A stretch of 64,000 nucleotides of DNA from Takakia lepidozioides. Its lineage: Eukaryota; Plantae; Bryophyta. The notes under the pieces were generated by a model. It was not told the DNA's origin. It did not search any database and saw only the letters and a program-made list of their open reading frames with translations. The DNA lies in contig CM060731.1 of NCBI GenBank assembly GCA_030704615.1, forward strand, positions 8,122,001-8,186,000, given 5' to 3'. This document shows, piece after piece, positions 13,422 to 26,164 of the stretch. Position 1 is the first letter of the stretch. Each line of letters starts with the position of its first letter. Made by a program: the position numbers and the translations under genes.

Positions 13422-13769
13422 TAAATAACTATTTCTAACTAATCACAAACAAAACCATGACAGATATTAAAGATTAGAACTCAAATTCTATTTTTTAATT
13501 TTTTAATAGAACAGGGGATAGAAGCCATGGTTAAAATTTTATTAGCAATTATTTGGGGAATTTGTTTTTAAAATCTTATGTTAAATGAGCAATACATATT
13601 CATAGTACATTTTGAAGGAATGTGTCTTGGAATAAAATCCACCATTAATATTGCTTCTCATTATAAAATAATAGCGTCTCCAATGCGCACACGTGTGCGA
13701 GTGGCGGGGCCGTGTATAGCAGAGAGGGCCATGAAGGGTAGGAGCGCCCCTACCCGGTGGATCCGCAGT

Positions 13770-13940
13770 GACTCAGTATGCTGCTCGGTCTGCTGGGCAA
13801 GCAGGTCTGTTACGGTAGGTCCCTGGGAGTGTCCCTATCCGGTGCCCCTATCTGCTGTGGCTCAGTATGCTGCTGGGTCTGCTGGTCAAGCAGGTCTGCT
13901 GGGCAAGCAGGTCTGCTGGTCAAGCAGGTCTGCTGCGGGA
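13770..13940 (+). repeat. Short tandem repeats of GCAGGTCTGCTGG(T/G)CAA
   Basis: Several imperfect 17-bp units are directly visible. Confidence 0.7.
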
Positions 13941-14489
13941 GGTCCCAATCAAGAGGGCCCGTGACCTACCTACAAGCTTCGATAATACACATGAAACATT
14001 AGTTATTTCCAAGGTTTGTACAAAGTAGTGGATAGTGTGGTGGTTAAGAGTAACATACAATGAACATGAGGTTTGGTGTTCAATTTTGTCAGGAGGTAAT
14101 GTGTGTTAATAATTATATATTTTGTATACTGGTTCTTTCTGAAAATTTTCCAAGTCCTTGTTTTTCTAGGGCAGCGGACCTTCCAACGGACTGTGAGACC
14201 CTCCAGCAAACTTTACATGACTAACAGTCCACTCTGCACGTAGGGTGGACCCTCTCCAGTGGACCCTCTCCAGCGGACTTTGCGGACCCTCCAACAGACT
14301 CTCCAGAATAGATCCAATGGACCCTCCAACAGACCCGGTTGATCGGTTGGGCTTATGAGCTAACCCCATGGGCCGTACTGGCACTATTATTAAAAAAAAT
14401 CATTGGTATTAAGATTTAGTTTTTTTTGGCCAGCCAAAAATAATTTAATCTCTACTTAATCTTTTAATTTATTTAATCAATTAATTAGG

Positions 14490-14685
14490 ACCCGGATCCG
14501 AACCCGTGAACCTGCTAATTTCCCAACAACTACCCCGACCCGGACCTGAATCCGTATTCAAAAACCCGGACCTAGACTTGAACCCGGATTTTCCAAATTT
14601 CAAAAACCTGGATCCGGACCCAGACTGGGTTCCAAAAGAACTGGACCCGGTGGGTTCCTTGAAAAGGCACTACCCGCACAACACT
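14490..14685. mobile_element. ACCCG-rich non-autonomous DNA transposon remnant (hAT-like)
   Basis: Dense GACCCG/CCGGA motifs ending in CACAACACTG, which is TIR-like. Confidence 0.4.
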
Positions 14686-15081
14686 GGTGTTTTCTTCAGT
14701 TCCGCTAAGGTTTGATTCCGCCTTAGACCCTGGTGGGTACCAACTTATGAGGTTGGGTAGTGGATGAGCATGCTCACGTGAGCACAAGCGAATATACCGC
14801 ATATTCCTAAGATGCCTTCCGAATATTCTTCAACGAAACGAAAATTGAGAAACTACAAAATTTGCAAAACTATTTTTAACTGCTCACATAGACCCTCACA
14901 ACAACACTTAAGAAACAAGTAACCCCTATACATGATAAACATGTTATCCTATAGGCGTGGGATTTCCTCACGCTATCCTCACCCGATACTAGGCCTTTTC
15001 CATGATAGACTTGAGAAAATGGCACTGAGACTCCAAGAGACCTTAAAGGTTGTCACGTCCCATGGATAATTTATCGAGACG

Positions 15082-15558
15082 AAACTCTCACTCCCAAAAC
15101 TACTACTTAATTTTAATTTCTCAATGCGAAATTAAAACTCTCACTCCCGAAACTCCTACTTCATTTATTTTCTCAGTGCGAAAATAAAAACTCTCACTCC
15201 CGAAACTCCTACTTAAGTTTATTTTCTCAGTGCGAAATTAAAACTCGCACACCCGAAATTCCTACTTAATTTTAATTTCTCAGTGCGAAATTAAAACTCT
15301 CACTCCCGAAACTACTATTTCATTTTATTTCCTCAGTGTGAAATTAAAAACTCTCACTCCCGAAATTACTACTTAATTTTAATTTCTCAGTGCGAAATTA
15401 AAAACTCTCACTCCCGAAACTACTACTTCATTTTATTTTCTCAGTGCGAAATTAAAACTCACTCCCGAAACTACTACTTCATTTTATTTTCTCAGTGCGA
15501 AATTAAAACTCACTCCCGAAACTACTACTTCATTTTAATTTCTCAATGCGAAATTGAA
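15082..15558 (+). repeat. ~53-bp minisatellite, about 9 units
   Basis: Unit AAACTCTCACTCCCGAAACTACTACTT(A/C)ATTTTATTTTCTCAGTGCGAAATTA repeated head to tail. Confidence 0.95.
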
Positions 15559-15849
15559 AGATAGATCAGATAGTTTATCGTTTTGGTGCAACTGCACCCT
15601 ATAAATGTTCTCTTCAGTTGAACAGAAGGAATTTTGGATGTTTCCACCATCTTCCGGGGACCAAATGATCCCATCGTCGTCAGGGATTGTGTTCACATCG
15701 AAGCTCAATTCATGGGTGTGGGAGAGCTTGATCAGTGTCGGAGAGTTGTCATGAAAGGTGCACATTCGAACAGCCTTGGAGAGGCTGAAATGAGCGATCC
15801 CTCAAGGTTATTTAAAAATGATAGGTTGAGTCGCTGGGGGCGCCATCAG

Positions 15850-16078
15850 TGACGCTTTTGCGACGCCAGGGCATCGCAAGAAAAAAAAATCCGTCGCATC
15901 GGGGGGTCCCTTTCCCCTTCATGCCGCCTTGCGACGGCTAAGCGTCGCAAAGACGTCGCAGCGGAGGATTGCGACACCAGGGCGTCGCAAAAGGCGCCGC
16001 GGGGTTGGCGTCGCAGGCTCAGCGCCGCGCGGGGCGTGGGGGCGGCTGGCGTCGCAACCCCCCTCATTTGCTGTAGTG
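15850..16078 (-). mobile_element. CACTA transposon end
   Basis: Ends ...CTGTAGTG (CACTACAG on minus). Many subterminal GTCGCA/TGCGAC repeats. Confidence 0.75.
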
Positions 16079-16084
16079 GCTGTT

Positions 16085-17495
16085 AGATGTTGTGCGGGTA
16101 AATAGATTTTTGCTTATCCGCCGATAAGGGTAAATAGGAATCAGAGGATTATTTATCCTCCGGGTAAGGGTAAATTATTTATATGTCCACTTATTTATCC
16201 TACGAAAAAAGGGTAAAGGGTAAAGACTATAATTATCTTAAATTAATTAGTTACATTTTTTGAGTTGAGCATAACAAACAAACAAAACTACATATCCTTC
16301 AATATATCCTTTATTTATCCGGGGGGTATAAAAAGGGTAAATCATTTATCCTTACCCGGTATCTATCCTTACCCGGTCAATATCTATTTTTTGGGTTTAG
16401 TATCTGTTTAGTATGAGCCTGGTTGTTAAATTGTATCATATGTTGTGATAATATGAGGGATGTCATGTGCGTGTTTCTTCACACCAAAGATAATAATCAA
16501 ACAAGCCAAATGACAATATACTTGCAAACCAGACCTCGACCTCTCACAAGCACACATTGGCCTCCACCTCTCGTAACTAACCCAATGTAGCTATCATAGT
16601 AAGACATGCTAAATTAAATATAACATCCTCCAGCTCCTTGTTCATCTTCATCTGAATTGTCATTAACACGTTTCATCAAGTAAAAATATTAGCTGCAACA
16701 CAAGGAGAATCCATGATGTACTATATGGAAAGGCACCCATTTTAGTCCCCCCAAATTGATTCAGGCAGTTGCAAACCCGGTAGATTATATGTTTGACATG
16801 GTGGTAGGTTTATACCCATAAGATCACTGATCAGTTAGTAGACAAATCATTGTTTTGAACTACAAAAGACTGTTCTTATTGGTTGGCAAGCTGTAATACT
16901 CAGCTCTTCCCATGATTTACTCATGCAGGCAAGCCAAATTGACAGACACAACCTTACAGACTCATCGCCACATCCTTATGGTCAATTATTAGAATGTGTA
17001 TAAGGATGCATTTCAACAAACTATGTATTTGTCCCTGACACATACGAGCCAAGTAAACTCTGACTAAAATTCAAGAAGTAATCTAAGATAAAAAGAAGCG
17101 ACACCTACATTTTCAATGAAAGTCAGCTAGGGTGGTCTTCAAGCATTTGTACAAGCATTTGTGGTGGAGATGATAGAAGAGAAGAGATGTCGCTTGCGCT
17201 TTCAAGACTCGACGAGGAGGAAGAAGTGCCAAGATACAGGATACCCTATATATATTTTTTAATCTTTTTTATTTACCCTCAACTCTTAAACATTTACCCG
17301 CGGATAAAGGGTATATGGAAATTAATTATCCTTCAAATGGGTAAGGGTAAAGGTATCTCAGATTACTTACCCGTCTGAAGGGTAAGGATAAGGGTGAATG
17401 AAATGGGCCAATCCGGGTAAATTATTCACCCTTATCTTGATTTATCCGCCGGATAAATCTGGGTAAATGATTTACCCTCACAAGTTACAACATTG
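16085..17495. mobile_element. Non-autonomous DNA transposon with GGGTAA/TTACCC subterminal repeats (hAT-like)
   Basis: Imperfect TIRs ATGTTGT..GGGTAAAT / ATTTACCC..ACAACAT. GGGTAA/GGATAA motifs cluster at both ends. Confidence 0.55.
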
Positions 17496-17988
17496 GTCCA
17501 GACCCTTTATATCCCCTACCCGCGGGTCGGGTCCAGGTTTTAATTTTAGGTGGGGCATGCGGGGTCCAACTTAGATGAGGTAGATTTTGCCATGTGTGTG
17601 GAGGGTACGAGCAATAGGCTCTGCTGCAGCAGCCAACCTCCATCACTCAAGGTAGGCCATATGGACAACCAAGCTGTACCCATGTGGTAATGGCCACATA
17701 TCACCTCAAGAAGTGCTTGTGGGTTCAATCCACAGATTCGTGTCACAAAGTTGTGCCCTTCCGTCAAGCGACAACGTAATTTAGGGCTCCTTCAGGGGGC
17801 GTGATGTATATTATTATTAGGACAGCTCCCCTGAGAGATCCATGCTATAGTGATCTACGAGCCTTGTGGCATATTACTTCTTAACATATTTAAGAATTGA
17901 TATGTCGTGCACCTAAGCATCGTGCCACAACATACATCGTTGTCCTACCACACTTCCTAGCATATAGTCCTAGAAAGCCACGCCACAA

Positions 17989-18423
17989 TGATACAGAAAT
18001 GGTGAAAAGAGGTGAACCCACTCTATCACGTTATATAAGTCAAGCCAATGGCACCTTTGCTAAATGACTCCACCATACAGACCTCGCCCACTCTCCATCT
18101 CAAGTACTAGAGCTATGGCGGCGAGAGAGGCCTCGGGAGGTTCGACTAGAAGAAGATGAGCCTGCCTACGTCTCATGTGGAGATAACCTCTCCACGTTCC
18201 AAGTGAGGTTCGCCACCTCACTTGGCACATGGAACCAAATGAAGTCCCAATGCCAACAAAATACAAATATAAATGTATAATGTCCTAATTAACTAGAAAT
18301 AACTATTTCTAGTTAATCACAAACAAAACCATGACAGTTGTCGTGCACCTAAGTGTCGTGCCACAACATACATCGCTGTCCTACCACACTTCCTAGCATA
18401 TAGTCCTAGAAAGCCACGCCACA
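17989..18423 (-). mobile_element. 3' LTR of the PHD-finger gypsy element
   Basis: On the minus strand, PPT AGGGGGG (~18428-18434) is followed by TGTGGCGTGG... ending ...TATCA. The first 85 bp recur at 17903-17987. Confidence 0.7.
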
Positions 18424-18680
18424 ATCGCCCCCCTAGCTGGTGATTAGGTCCCTCTAACACCGGATAGATTGCAAGTATCCACCCCAATAAGATCTTCGCT
18501 TGGTCTTCAATCGCACAAGTCCCAACACCTGAAGTCGATAGATCAAGAGGCCGGGTGCACACGTAGCCCTATCGTTAGTCACCTTCATGCAATCCATGAT
18601 CTTCAGTTGAGTATCCATGGCATTGAAGCCCTACTAGCTAGACCTTAGATCACTTGTCCGCCTCACCATTGTCATGCCTA

Positions 18681-20593
18681 CTACCTCTGTCCAAGGCATC
18701 GTGGACCCAACCATTCTCCGATAGGTACCTCCTCAAGTGGCAGTGTCAAGCATCCTGTGTGCCACCCCCTTGAGCATTTGTCACACACCAACATGGTTGC
18801 GGCGCCACCAGCATGCCCACATAACATGCAACGCAACCCTGCAGGTACCACTGCAAGGTTGGGATCGATCCTCCCATCCACATATGAAAGGTGACATGAC
18901 GCACAATTGCACATATGGTCCTTCCATACCATGCCATCTCGACCCTCCAGAATCAACACTCCTGAAGGCAACACCTCCCTGACCCTTAGAATCACACGTC
19001 CTGCTGTGACATCCAAGGTCGTAGGCGCTATCTATTGCAGATACACATAGTCTTGGCTAGGGTGGAAACACCAAACACTTGGCCGATATCCCCTAGTGGC
19101 GTACCTCAATGTGTCTCGGTGTTGGGCAATAGCAAGGTTCTCAAAAGCCATAGGCATGACTTTCTTGAATAACTTTGCCCGCTGGGCACATGTTTGTGTC
19201 CACACATCCGGATCATCAAGGTTAAGAATTATTAAAGCCTCCCTGCGAATGGATGCAGGTAAATCCGGCTCTCGGCCGAAGAGAAGAAAGTAAGGTGAGA
19301 AGGAGGCAAGTGAAGCTTGTTTGCTGAACCTATAGCCCATAGTTAGCCAAGGCAGTTGAAGGTCCCAATCTCCTAGGTGTCCCTTCTGCAAACCGTACTT
19401 GCGCAATCCTCTCTTGACTGTCTGAACAACTCTATCTGCCAAGCCATCAGTCTCGGGATGATCCCGAGAAGTAGTGCGGTGATCTATCAAGGCTTGCTCA
19501 CACAAAATCTGAAACTCCCCCAAGAACTCTCTCCCCTGGTCCGTGAGTGTTGGAGCACCAAAATGGCTAAGCACTCGATCTAAGAATGCATACCCAGCCC
19601 CCTCACTTGCCTTGTCAGGCAATGCCACTAGTCCAATCCATTTGGAGAAGTGTTCCACCATCACCAGCACATACTTGTTATGGTGAATCGTCAATGACTG
19701 CGAAGTCAAGACTCCAACGATAGCCCAAACCCATAATGGGTAAAAGATGCAATTGTGGAGTAGGTGCATTGAAAGAAGCCCGCACTCTATCACACACCAT
19801 GCACCTTGCCACTAACTGTTGCACATCCGTGTGCATGCCCTGCCACCAATACTGCCCTTGCAGCAAACTATGAGTGCGTCGCACCCCAAAATGTCCCAAC
19901 TCCTCATGGGCATGGCATACCAATCGCGCTCGTTGTGTTGGATGAGGCACAATCCTCCCATACCCGGAGTAGGTGAGTCCCCTCCCACTTGAACCTCTTG
20001 GCTCGTTGTAGGACCCGATCTCTCTCCTTAGCAGTCACACTAGCTGCCGTCTCTCCGGTACGAAGGTATGCCAACATTGCTGCATCTTCATGCACATCCT
20101 TAGCACCACCAAACTCCTCACTAGTCTTTGGATCGTCATGCACGCTATCTACATGACCAATCGCATGGGATTGACCAGCTTGAGCTCCCATTGCTAGAAT
20201 GCACAAAAAGGCCGATGCATGCCATCCTGGCACCATTTCCTCATCCGTCTCACCATGCCACCGAGCTCCAGTATCATCATGCTCGCTCGTGCATGGATTA
20301 CGACTCAATCCATCTGCATCCCGATTGACAATATCGGCTCGATGCACCACCTGAAAGTCGTACTCTTGAAGCATAAGTGCCCACCGTGCAAGCTTCCCTG
20401 TAAGCTTATCTGATTCCATCAACCACTTCAATGGTTGGTGATCCGTGACAAGGGTGAAGAGATTGCCATGAGGTAGCATCTGAAATGTGCCACTGCCCAT
20501 ACCACAGCTAGACACTCCCCTTCATAGGAACTATACTTCGCCTCGGCATTATTGTTCGAGCCGCTAGCATATGCCACTACGAATTCTCTTCCC
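18681..20593 (-). mobile_element. Ty3/gypsy pol 3' half: RNase H, integrase, PHD finger
   Basis: FTLVTDHQPLKWL, KLARWALMLQEYDF, NRDADGLSR, HEELGHFG..CMVC, WSLDFA, TDQGREF and PHD CMLC..MLVCDKCSRGWHTGC..EWLGPRC. Confidence 0.92.
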
Positions 20594-20596
20594 TCA

Positions 20597-20950
20597 CACT
20601 ACAATACAAGCTCGGTTTTTCGACTCTGTATTTGACTCATTTTTTAGTCGTTTGCGATATTTTTACTCCCAGCTTCCATAGTCGAACGTGGGTGACAAAG
20701 GTCAAGTCGTTTCAGTCAAGCAGTCGAATCCAGATATCGGGTTCTGACAGTGAAATGTGACAGTAAAACTAGGGGGTGACGTGTAGTAAAATGATTGTAC
20801 CACAGTATGACGTGGATGAGACGTGGCTATGATGTGGCTATGACATGGCTATGACGTGTAGTAAAATGGTTTAACTGTATTATGACATGGATGCATGATG
20901 TGTACTAAAATAGTTCTACTGCAGTATGACGTGGATGCATGACGTGTACC
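20597..20950 (+). mobile_element. CACTA transposon left end
   Basis: CACTACAA at 20597, followed by CGACT/AGTCG and then TGACGTGG repeats. It truncates the gypsy RNase H. Confidence 0.7.
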
Positions 20951-21439
20951 TAATATATATATACATAAATATAAAATATATATATGAATTGGGGAGGCTT
21001 TTTGTTTAATGTTTGGTTTTATTGTTTTTGTTTATTACTGTTATTTTGTTTTTATTTATTTATTTTCATTTTATATCTATATAAATATGAATTAGTGGGT
21101 TTTGTATTTAAATTTATTGATTCGCTGCACTGCATTGAAAATATATTACAAATACAGCAAAACATAGAATACAAATACATGGCAAGAACCAAAAGCATTT
21201 GGAACTGGTTTATATCAAGAGTGTTTTTAAAACAAGTTTTGGCCACATTCTACAGATGACCAACATGAGGGCCATGTTGCCATATCCATAGATCACTGCC
21301 CAAGTGAAGTCATTGAGGTAGGAAAATCTGATGTGCAGCTAGGTAAAGCACTATCGTGGACATGTCAAGAGAACAAAAGAAATCATTTCGAGAATGAATT
21401 CAGGAACTTGTAGTTCTTGAGAATGGTGGTGCCAGCTAC

Positions 21440-22430
21440 CATGTCACCCAAAGTGACATCCACTTGATCTAGGGTTGCCTTCACATACATATCCACCAAG
21501 GCAGTGTTTAGAGTGACATCTAGTGATACAATTTCAGTTTTGACGATGTCACCATGGACCTTTGTGCCCATTTTAGGGCTGCCAGGCTCACATTTGCCAT
21601 AGATGTACACCAAGGGAATGTTCATAATGACATCTGGTACAATTCCAGCTTTGATAATGTCACCATGAACCTCTTTGCCCCTTCCCAGGGCTGCTAGGCT
21701 TGCATACGCATATTAATAACACAAATGAATATGACCTGGTCTATCTTCATCCCTTCCCACATCATTTGCTCTTATGTTTCCAAAGCCTTAATCCTATACC
21801 CATGCTGCACATACCTTGCAATCATGGCACTCCAAAACACCACATCTCGTTCAGCCATATTGTCGAACTCTCCCTTCGCATCAGGCTTGCATCACCCACA
21901 TTTGGCATACATGTCTACCATGGCAGTGTTCAGAATGCCATCTGGTACAAATCCAGTTTTGATGATGTCACCATGGACCTCTTTCCCCTTTTCCAGAGTT
22001 CCCAGGCTTGCACACGCATTGCAAACACAAACAAACGTGATGTGGTTGGGCTTCACCCTTCGCGCAGCAGTTGCTCATAGGTCTCCAAAGCATTCCTGCC
22101 ACACCTATCCTTGGTAAGTCCTGCCAACATTATATTCCGTGACGTGATCAAAGATCGTTGAGGCACTCTGTGGAAAACTTGGTGAGCATCCATGACGCTC
22201 CCACACTTAACATACATGTTGGCAAGGGTGTTGAGTAGAAAAACATTTGGCACGAATCCACTTTGGATAATGTGAGTGTGCACCTGTTTCCAGCTTCTAG
22301 ACCTTTCATCTTGATGCACTTAAGCAAGAGACAGACATACGTATCTGAATCTGCTGAAATGCCTCGTTGGTTTAAAGTCTGTAGAGCCTCTATCAGTCTG
22401 CCTGCCTCACAAAGCATCTTCACATGCTTA
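21440..22430 (-). pseudogene. PLS-class PPR pseudogene (N-terminal part)
   Basis: LCEAGRLIEAL, TYVCLL, NTLANMYVKCGS, KPNHITFVC and NTALVDMY. Multiple frameshifts. Confidence 0.88.
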
Positions 22431-22486
22431 GCATCCTTGCCTTGTTGCTAGCACCTGACAATGACAGCCTAGATTTGTTCTAGGAA

Positions 22487-24270
22487 ACACCCAACTCAAC
22501 TTATCACATTAGTTCACTATGGTGAATTGCATCTACTAGTCTCTGTAATCCAACAGGCATTCACCTTTTTGCCTCGATTGTCCCACCATTGACTGGGGTC
22601 AGAAAAGTATTCATTCCACAGCTTCTCCTCGTCTCAGCTGTTACCTGATACTTCCTTGTTGTCACATTGGCAGTACCATGTCAAAGTCGCTCCAAATTAT
22701 CAAAGGCTCACTCAACCAGCTAACTTGCAGAATTCAACATGAAAATTTAGGGCCGATTCTGATAAGAGGGAAAAACAGGGTGAAATGTGTTGAAGAAGGT
22801 GCCTTCATTAGCAGTGCTTGAGTATATCATTGTGTCGATGCTGCTGCGGCTTCCAGTTGACCATTTTTCCATGCAGGTTTCTTGTAGCTATTGATCCATC
22901 TGGTACATTTCCAGCTTTGGTGATGCAACCATGCATCTCTTTGCCCTTTTCTAGGGCTGCCAGGCTTGCACATGCACTACACGCACACAAACATGATGTG
23001 GTCGAGCTTCACCCCTTCCCCCATCATTTGCTTTCAGGTCTCCAAAGCCCCATCCGACACCCCTGCTCTGCACACCCTGCAAGCATTGTGTTCTACGACA
23101 CCACATCTCATTCAGCCATAGCGTTGAACATTGCCTTGGCATCTTCGATGCACCCACATTTGGCCACCAGGGCAGGGGCAGTGTTCAGAATGACATCTGG
23201 TAATCTGACCGACATTCACCTTTTAGAATTGTTCCAGCAAACGCCTCACCCCTATTGACTTAGAGGCTGTAGTGTCCAAAGCCATGTCCATTTCCAGAAA
23301 ATTGTCTGATGAAAATGAAGTTAGGCAGAAAACTTCCCCGGACTTGTTTCCAGTCTGTGACATGGGGGAGGACATCATGGATGACCTCAAGGGTCTACCC
23401 ACTCTCGGCACCAGACTGAATTTAAACTCAGGGCAGGAATCCTACTTTTGAATAGCAAACAGAAGCAGAGAGGAAAGGGAGAGTGCAATTGCACCCAACT
23501 CAACGTATCACACTAGTTCCTATGGTCAGTTGCATCTACTACACTCTGTAATCTGACAGGCATTCACCTTTTTGCCTCGGTTGTCCCACCAGTTACTGGG
23601 GTCAGATAAGTTGTCTGTTACCTGTTTTTGGATACTTTCCTGTTGTCACATTGGCAGTATCATGTCAACACTCCAAACAAGATTCACTCAACCAGCTAAC
23701 TTGCAGAATTCAACATGGAAATTTAGGGCCGATTTTGATAAGAAGGAAAAACAGGGTGAAATGTGTTGGAGAAGGTGCCTTCATTAGCAGTGCCTGATTT
23801 TTATCCATTGTGCCGCTGCTGCTGCGGCTTCCAGTTGACCCTCTGTTTCTTGTAGCTATCCTTCCACAGGGAATCATAGGTAATCTGGAGCTTGAAATCC
23901 GGGCCTCTTGGATGAATCTGGACCCACAATCTATCCCTGCACTCCTTCAGCTATCCATGTGTGTGTATAAATCATTAATACATCCTTAGCCTTGCTGCAA
24001 CTAGCAGCTGACACTGACGCCCTAACCCACCTACAGTAACATATCAAAATCACTCCAAACCCACCATAGATCCACCAACGAGCTTCTCCTCATCTATGTT
24101 ATCTGTATCTGGATATTTTCTTGCTGCTACATCGGCAGTAACTTGTCAAAATCACTCCTAACCACCACAGATCCACCCAATGAGCTAACTTACAGAATTC
24201 AATATGCATCTCAGGGCCGAGTCTGATGAGAGGGTAAAACAGGCAGAAATAGGTTGAAGAAGAAGGTGCC
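22487..24270 (+). repeat. Local segmental duplication (~22487-22880, ~23491-23860, degenerate ~24085-24270)
   Basis: Shared block CACCCAACTCAAC...GGCATTCACCTTTTTGCCTC...AGAATTCAACAT...AAAACAGG. Confidence 0.85.
22880..23205 (-). pseudogene. PLS-class PPR fragment
   Basis: ACASLAALEKGKEMHGCI and KCGCIEDAKAMF, with deletions. Confidence 0.8.
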
Positions 24271-25425
24271 CTCACCACATTGTCAACCTTGACCTTGTGT
24301 CATGACCCATGGAGGATTTGACCGACCATCAACTCAAAAGAACGTCTTATGTGTGCTGTTTGTGTCTGTAGTAAGGTAATGTCAGATTTGTCCATGAGAA
24401 CCACCACGGAGCAGCTGAGCGAGCAGAGATTGAAACACGGCCTGCTAAGACCAAGCTGACTCTCCCAAGAACCTTGTAAACATCAGGAAGAATACCAAAT
24501 CATGGTACTAACAGGAGCCAAAAGCCCACATTTGCAGGATGGACAAATTTCTTCACATCCTACATTAAGAAAAAGCCACACCTTGCGATTGCGATTGTTC
24601 CACCATCGTGAAGGATCTGTAAAAAACTCATGTCAGCTCTGCTCCGTGCTGCAAATTCAGGGAACAAAAACAGTCAGAGAAGCAGGTCACATTTTATTTG
24701 GAGGCACAAATATTTGAAGTCGAAGGTCAATAACGTATGGAGGAGTTAACTAGATGTGGTTAAAGATTTCCAGAATGATTCCCAATGATTTCAAGACCAC
24801 ACTGTTCGTTCATAGTTCATACATAACGAAAACTCCATTCCAGGGTTAGCCAAGGTACAATAAGCTTGAAAGCCAAACACTGACTTCATGTGCATGTGAC
24901 TTTGCTAAGAAACATTTGGTAACACATGAAAAGTTTTCCAGCCACCAGTATAACCAAAGAGAATGACCCCATCAGTGTGACTCACCATAATTGACTACTC
25001 TGATATGTGAAATCTACACTTTCACAACATATTTTCGCAAGGGGAAATACGCCTCTTTCTTCTTTTGTTTCTCTGTTTTCAAAGAAGTCTACAACCATCT
25101 CAACCCATTCTTCGTTATGACGTGAAGTAAGATATATTACATGCTCAGCAGGGCCTTTGGAAAACAACTGCCATCACATGGAAAACTACTGCTGCAAAAC
25201 AATGAAGCATTAACTGAAAAGTGCTGGGCAAATCAAGGAAGAGAGATCCAGCCATGGATGAGTTACCAGGACTAAGAGCCCATTTCTCCCAAAGGGGTAC
25301 TACTTGCTCATGGCTGCTAATATAGTTACAATTCCAAGGACACAATACCTACATCTGCAGACTCAGAGATGGGGCATGCATCATTACAGGGGGCACGTGA
25401 AGTAAAAAACCCTAACTGGCCATAC

Positions 25426-25511
25426 ATTTTGGACAACTTATTTGGTGCACCACCCGTCACCTTCGCCACTCTCAGAAGAGCAAGCTCTGCCTTTAGCTCC
25501 TTCAACTGTGC
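25426..25511 (-). pseudogene. RPL35: Isolated exon fragment of 60S ribosomal protein L35
   Basis: [28 protein letters not shown] followed by a GTATGG donor. No other RPL35 exons seen. Confidence 0.85.
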
Positions 25512-25629
25512 CCACAACGATAGTCCCCCATGCATAGCATCAGGTGTCCGTTTCATTCCAAAAGACATCGTCACTACCAAAAGTTTTAGCCTGATCTGAT
25601 TGATGAGAGGGCAAAACTGGCTGAAAATA

Positions 25630-25980
25630 GGTCAAAGAAGAAGGTGCCCTCACCACATTGTCCTCGTCCTTGTGTCATGACCCATGGAGGATTTGACTGA
25701 CCATGAACCCAAACGGACCTCTTGTGTGTGCTGCTTGTGTCTGTAGTCCGGTAATGTCGGATTGGTCCATGAAAACCACCACGGTGCAGCTGAGCGAGCA
25801 GAGATTGAAACACGACTTGGTAAGACCAACCTGGCGAGGAGCGGATTGGTCCATGAGAACCACCACGGTGCAGCTGAGCAAACAGAGATTGAAACACGAC
25901 CTGCTAAGAAATCCGCTCCTCGACAACCACCACGGTGCAGCTGAGCGAGCAGAGATTGAAACACGACCTGCTAAGACCAA
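25630..25980 (+). repeat. Block duplicated from 24260-24455, with three copies of a ~50-bp unit
   Basis: CCACCACGGTGCAGCTGAGCGAGCAGAGATTGAAACACGAC occurs three times here, plus one copy near 24401. Confidence 0.85.
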
Positions 25981-26164
25981 CCCTGCACGAGGACATAGTG
26001 CGTGCAGTAGCGATAGGGCTTAGTGGGGCTTAGTGCATGAGGGGAAAAAAAAACTACGCGAGGAGTTTGAAACCGCGACGCCATGGCGGACAATGAAAGC
26101 CCTTACCAGTAAGCTACATACGCCCATTTGAAATTCCCCCCTAAAAGTATGTATATATACTTTT

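Noticed and set aside
13657-14390. Helitron with TC start and CACTAT end
   Set aside because: No canonical CTAG or strong hairpin, so the boundaries are unsupported.
15082-15558. CRISPR-like array
   Set aside because: Units are contiguous with no unique spacers, the context is eukaryotic and no cas genes are present. It is a minisatellite.
17530-17900. 3' end of another plus-strand LTR element (AGGGGGCGTGA-TG)
   Set aside because: Only a PPT-like motif; no coding or second-LTR support.
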